Source of the DNA: Azolla caroliniana
Taxonomy: Eukaryota; Plantae; Polypodiophyta
DNA: 64,000 nt
Assembly (NCBI GenBank): GCA_043228905.1
Contig: JBHGNT010000012.1
Span: 18,538,001 to 18,602,000 of the forward strand
Reading direction: 5' to 3'
The position numbers and the translations under genes are program-made. Of this stretch, positions 59,255 to 64,000 are shown in pieces; positions within the stretch are counted from its first letter, which is position 1, and each line of letters starts with the position of its first letter. Below the pieces are notes generated by a model that was not told the DNA's origin, did no database searches, and saw only the letters and a list, made by a program, of their open reading frames with translations.

Positions 59255-62036
59255 AATGGTCTTGATGTTTTGAAGATGGTCCTATGATATCATGCCGCAA
59301 ATATCATGAATGAGGTACATACTTACCTAGTGTCTAGCTTTTCAAGTTTTTCTTGAACATTGTCAATTTTGACATTTCTCAAAAACATAATAATGACAAA
59401 ACTTGTTGGTTAATTATTGTGAAGATTTTCCAATTGCTACATTCTTGTTTGAATTGATAAAGCATATTATCACTTTATGCTCTTCGGGGAATCTAAACAT
59501 TTGGATGGAGTGATTTTGAATAATATTGCTTCATGTATAGGGTGTGTTGTGTTTCTTGTCCATATTCATGATATTGGAATTCTTAGTCATATTCAACAAT
59601 CATGTGTGTGTGTTGGGTATTAATACATGCTAGCACAATGCATATTAAGTAGCAAAATCAACATATTTTGCAAATCATCAATTGTAGTATAGTATTCATA
59701 GATGGTTCATCAAACAAAGTTATATTATACTAGAGATTTGGGATATGTACTCAATTGTCACTATTTTCTTGGAGTAGAGAAAGCATTGGTTTTCGAAAAC
59801 ATAGTGCAACAAATGACACAATTCTTATTACATAATAGTGATAGATTAATGGTCTCCTCGTGGTACTTGAGAGGATGAGAAACAAGAAACATGTAACATG
59901 TCTAATAGAAATGGTGAATAAATATTGTTTTTGTGATTGAATTGAGATTGTTGATCTCTTATCAAAATGCAAGATAGAAATCTTGACAAAGTTTGATTCA
60001 TCAAGAATAAATAGTGTTGCGTCAATTTAAAACATTGAAAGCATCAGTTAATGCAAAGGAACCGGTGGAATGTCATAGTTGCCTCATTGACAACATGAAT
60101 GATAATCAATTTTACTAATGTGATTACCCATGAAAAGAAGAGAAGTGAAAAAAGAAAGAAAGAAGGCAGTCAACCATTTTTATGTTCATGAAACACATTG
60201 AGTGGGACAGAAAAGTTGATCCACCAATGAATGCTGAAGTTTCAATAATATAGTCATATTTTGTAAGCATACATTAATGAAGCTTGCCTAAGTTCCGAGG
60301 TTTTTTGAAATGTTTCTATATGAAACACTTCTATTAAATTATGGTGGTACCATAGAGCACTCGATATTGTGTACAAATCATTATCACCTCAACCCATACA
60401 TTGTATGACATTAAAATTAAATCATTTCATCCCACATGCATGCTAAGTCAACCTTCACATCTGTCTCCAGATGTTTCTCATAGTTTGTTGCATAGTTATT
60501 CCATCTTGTATAGAACATTAGAAAATTGTACACATTCAGTTTTTGAGTGATTATATGAGTACTTGATTCTACCAAACACTTGGCTTATAAGGGAACCAAC
60601 ATCTTATGTTGTCTCATTGTTTATTTTTATTATGTAAACGGATCTATTTAACCAATATAATTGGTCGAGGCAATTCCATTGACCATGGGTGCACATAATC
60701 TGATGCCCAACCTTTGATTGTAATCGATTTAGCGACATGCATTTGGTGAAGCCATAGTGCAAGCATTTCTATAACATTGGCAAATGTATCCTCATGGTTA
60801 TCTAATTTCGACGTGTCTTCCCTAGTGGATTGCATGATTACTTAAAAACTTTATTGGTTAGATCCTGTTTCACTGCTAGCTCACTTCACTATTCAATTAT
60901 CACAACACATTTAATCCCTCTGTCTACTGAAGCCAACAAATGAGACATAAACTTCTCTTTCATAACTCAAGAGCCACTATTTTTGGTCGATGAATATTGA
61001 ACAAAATATGTTACAATGTTTGATTTCTACTTGATGTAAGATTCAAACCTACACCTCCACGTTAACAAGAGAATGTTTTAATCCACCTTGTTATAATATA
61101 TTTTTGTTTTTGATAGTTTCCTTATGCCCATATGCTTACCCACATTTAGAGTATGACTTGGGCAACTTTCTTCCTATGACCTAACTATGTCATGTCAATG
61201 TTCAATGCCAACATTTTGCGATGACGTTTTAATTGACCAATGCAGTAGGGGCCCGAGGGGGGGGGGGGGGGGGACCTTGAGACAAAGTAGAGGAGAAGCT
61301 ATGAAATTTTTCTCTTTCTCTCATTCTTTCTTACTCTCTTCAATGTCCTTCACTAGCAATTACTCCATCTTTATCTTGTTCACAATGATAAGACAATGAA
61401 GTGATATGGGACAAGTTGGTCAAGTTTCAAATAAGAAACAATAAATTATTATTTTTGGATTATTTTTGAGATTGATATGCAATCAATAAATAGAATATGA
61501 CTTCAGTATGTGATTATGACGCCATTTTGTAGGGTTAATTTAACATATACTGCATAATTTTGCAAACAAATATAATATATAGGCATATATAATTATTTAT
61601 ATTAGGGGATTTGTATTAGAGCTTTAGGTCTTGACTCTCGAGTTTTTTTAACTTTGAAGGGACTCTATGCATACCTAGAGGAAGCCCATTGTTCTCGCCT
61701 TGACGGAAAAGGCAATAGGTTGAAAATCACAACGATTCATTATGTATACATGGACATTCACTTTATTCGTGGCGGTCCTTCGAGCTTGGTTTGGTTTGTC
61801 CACATGAATGGATTCTTCTAGAATCTATGCAATCGTTTTTAATTTTATCATGCAATATAATGAATTATAGAATCAAGTGGGGTGTCAAGGTGTTTGAAAT
61901 CTAGCAAGTTCAAGTGTGTGAACCATTGCTTAATGAAATACTACATCACTAAATCTTTTTTGTTAGATTATATATACATTTAAGAGAAGTGGGGGAATTT
62001 GAATGCAACTTCTGAATTCAAGTTCCACACAAACTT

Positions 62037-62542
62037 TGTCGCAAGAAGGTTTATTTCTAATGTAAGCATGAAGAAATAAGGACATAAACGATAGATAGTA
62101 AAGAGAGAGAGAGAGAGAAAGAAGGGTGCCGATCCACTCGACCACCCTTCGAGTGAAGGGATCGAGACTGACCCAAGCCTTGATCGACGTCCCATACCAC
62201 CACCAAGGCATCGAGTCATACCTGATATAGGCACACACTCACAATAAGAGTCAAGTTCGCCACAAGGTCACATTCTCGGCGTAGTCAAATAATATGTCTA
62301 ACGAGGATAGCTAGGCCTCATATTTATAGCCAGGCCTAAAGCCCCCAGGCAAGTCCACACACATGTGGCCCTTATGGGTTGTCTCAATCCCTAGGATTAA
62401 AAGTAACCCTCCCTTCTTTACACTCACGATAAAACCCTCACACTTTTATCTGTCTGTGTAAGATACTCCAATACAAGCTAAAATGGGATAAATTTGGGTC
62501 ATGATGCCCATTGGAGGTAACTCTGGGCGGGATCACGAGACA
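62037..62542. mobile_element. Possible solo LTR or LTR remnant upstream of NOF1
   Basis: TGTC...GACA ends, a TATTTATAG (reverse TATA) motif and LTR-like composition; no clean TSD found. Confidence 0.3.
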
Positions 62543-62650
62543 AAGCTTATCAGTGGGCGGGCGGGCGAGGGTTTCTCATAGAGAGGGTTTCTTCTTCTTC
62601 TTCTTCTTCTTCTTCTTCTTCATGTATGTATATACACATCTTTAAAGAAG

Positions 62651-62688
<38 letters not shown>

Positions 62689-62750
62689 TTGGCTTTTGTT
62701 TCTCAATTGTAGTTAGTGTACACACAAAAAAGGACTGTGGGTGCTCCCCT

Positions 62751-62789
<39 letters not shown>

Positions 62790-62802
62790 TCTCTGGAGAA
62801 GA

Positions 62803-64000
62803 ATGGTGGACATAGACAGGATGAAGATGAAGACGAAGAAGAAGCTGCCTGGCAAGCATCAAACAGAGGGGCAGCGAAAGAGACGCAGGGATGAACCTAG
62901 AGGAAACAAGCAACGTGAGGGTGTGGCTATGGAGCATCAAAGAAGACCAGGTATGTGTGTGTCCGATGCATATCCATCCATCCATCTATCTATCTGTCTA
63001 TATATGGTCTCCGTCATTTCGATGTCTCTTTCTGTTTCCCCTCTAGTCACATATTGGTAGGAGCACCACTTTCACAGTTGCCGCATCATGTCAATATGGC
63101 AATGGTTTTGGTTATACATACATACATGCACACATACATATCTATATCTATAACTATATCTATATCTATGATTATATCTATATCTATATCCATATCTATG
63201 TCTATATCTATATCTATATCTATATGTGGCAATGAGTAAATATTTTTTGTGTCCAGAGATTTACCTACATTTTTGCATCTGATTTTTATTTTATTTTTGT
63301 TCCTGCAAAGCAGTGACCGGTAGAACTACAGAATTTGGTCACAGCAATGAGGGGAGTGAGAGCGAGAGCGAGGGGCAGGTTAGCTCCGATGGTGGCGATG
63401 GTGATACTCCAGTGTCTGCTTATCAGACCCTTCTAGGGTCCTTGCAAGCAAAAGGAGGAACATTTACTCAAGCATTTGCACAAAGGTATGCATACTTTTT
63501 TATGTCTACAGTAGTCTCCAATTTGCAATTAAATAGCACGACCATCTTAGTCGATCTCCTCGACTTTCTAGCATAGTGGTCTATGCCTGGGTTTTTCTCA
63601 TCTGAGGTTCTGTAATATATTACTCATTCAAACATAATGCCTTTCGTTAAGATTTCTTTGAGAAACTGTTCGAGAAACCTCCATATGCCTGATGTTTTTT
63701 GTATTTTTTTGCCACAACTTTATTTTAGAAAAAATATATGCATAGACTTGATGGTGCCAAAATAATGCTGACATTACATGTGTCAAACCCTTCTGAAACG
63801 TATCTTATGTGACTGTCGCATGCATGTGGGCTTCTTTTGCTGCATCCTAATAATGGTATTCTTATTGTTTTTTATCTCCTACCAGGCAAAGGGAAGAGCA
63901 AGGAATGAGCTCTGATGATGAAAATCCCAGCTGTGAGGATGGCGGTGACGATTCTGATGATACTGGTAGCGATAGAGATGATGATGATGATTCTATTGAT
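62803..64000 (+). CDS. NOF1: NOF1/UTP25 (DEF) nucleolar U3-associated protein, 5' part; exons 62803-62950, 63314-63485, 63886->64000
   Basis: Basic N-terminus, SAYQTLLGSL..AFAQR|QREEQG followed by an acidic tract, resembling the plant NOF1/UTP25 N-terminus. GT-AG sites are phase-consistent. The start may be 62821. Confidence 0.7.

Overview
Eukaryotic land-plant nuclear DNA. The gene set, microsatellite load and TE types suggest a non-seed plant such as a fern, but that is inference only. Seven host genes or candidates lie among transposon debris: an intronless J-domain/Zn-ribbon/DUF3444 gene (+), a 4-exon PAR1-family gene (-), a 4-exon CRR6 gene (-) with a probable GC-AG intron, an orphan acidic repeat protein (+), a 4-exon Btz-like WxHD(K/R)F protein (-), intronless NFRKB (+) followed by a decayed partial duplicate, and the 5' end of NOF1/UTP25 (+). 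Mobile elements include two Ty1/copia (one full length with TSD), Ty3/gypsy fragments, three LINE families, a decayed Sola-like/DUF7869 DDE transposase and a hAT-type MITE. The most unusual signals are a strand-polarised domain of telomere-motif minisatellites in and around PAR1, a LINE family that appears to insert into (GA/TC)n microsatellites, a perfect intronic hairpin in CRR6 and the orphan acidic protein. Splice models and coordinates were derived by eye, and no database searches were run.
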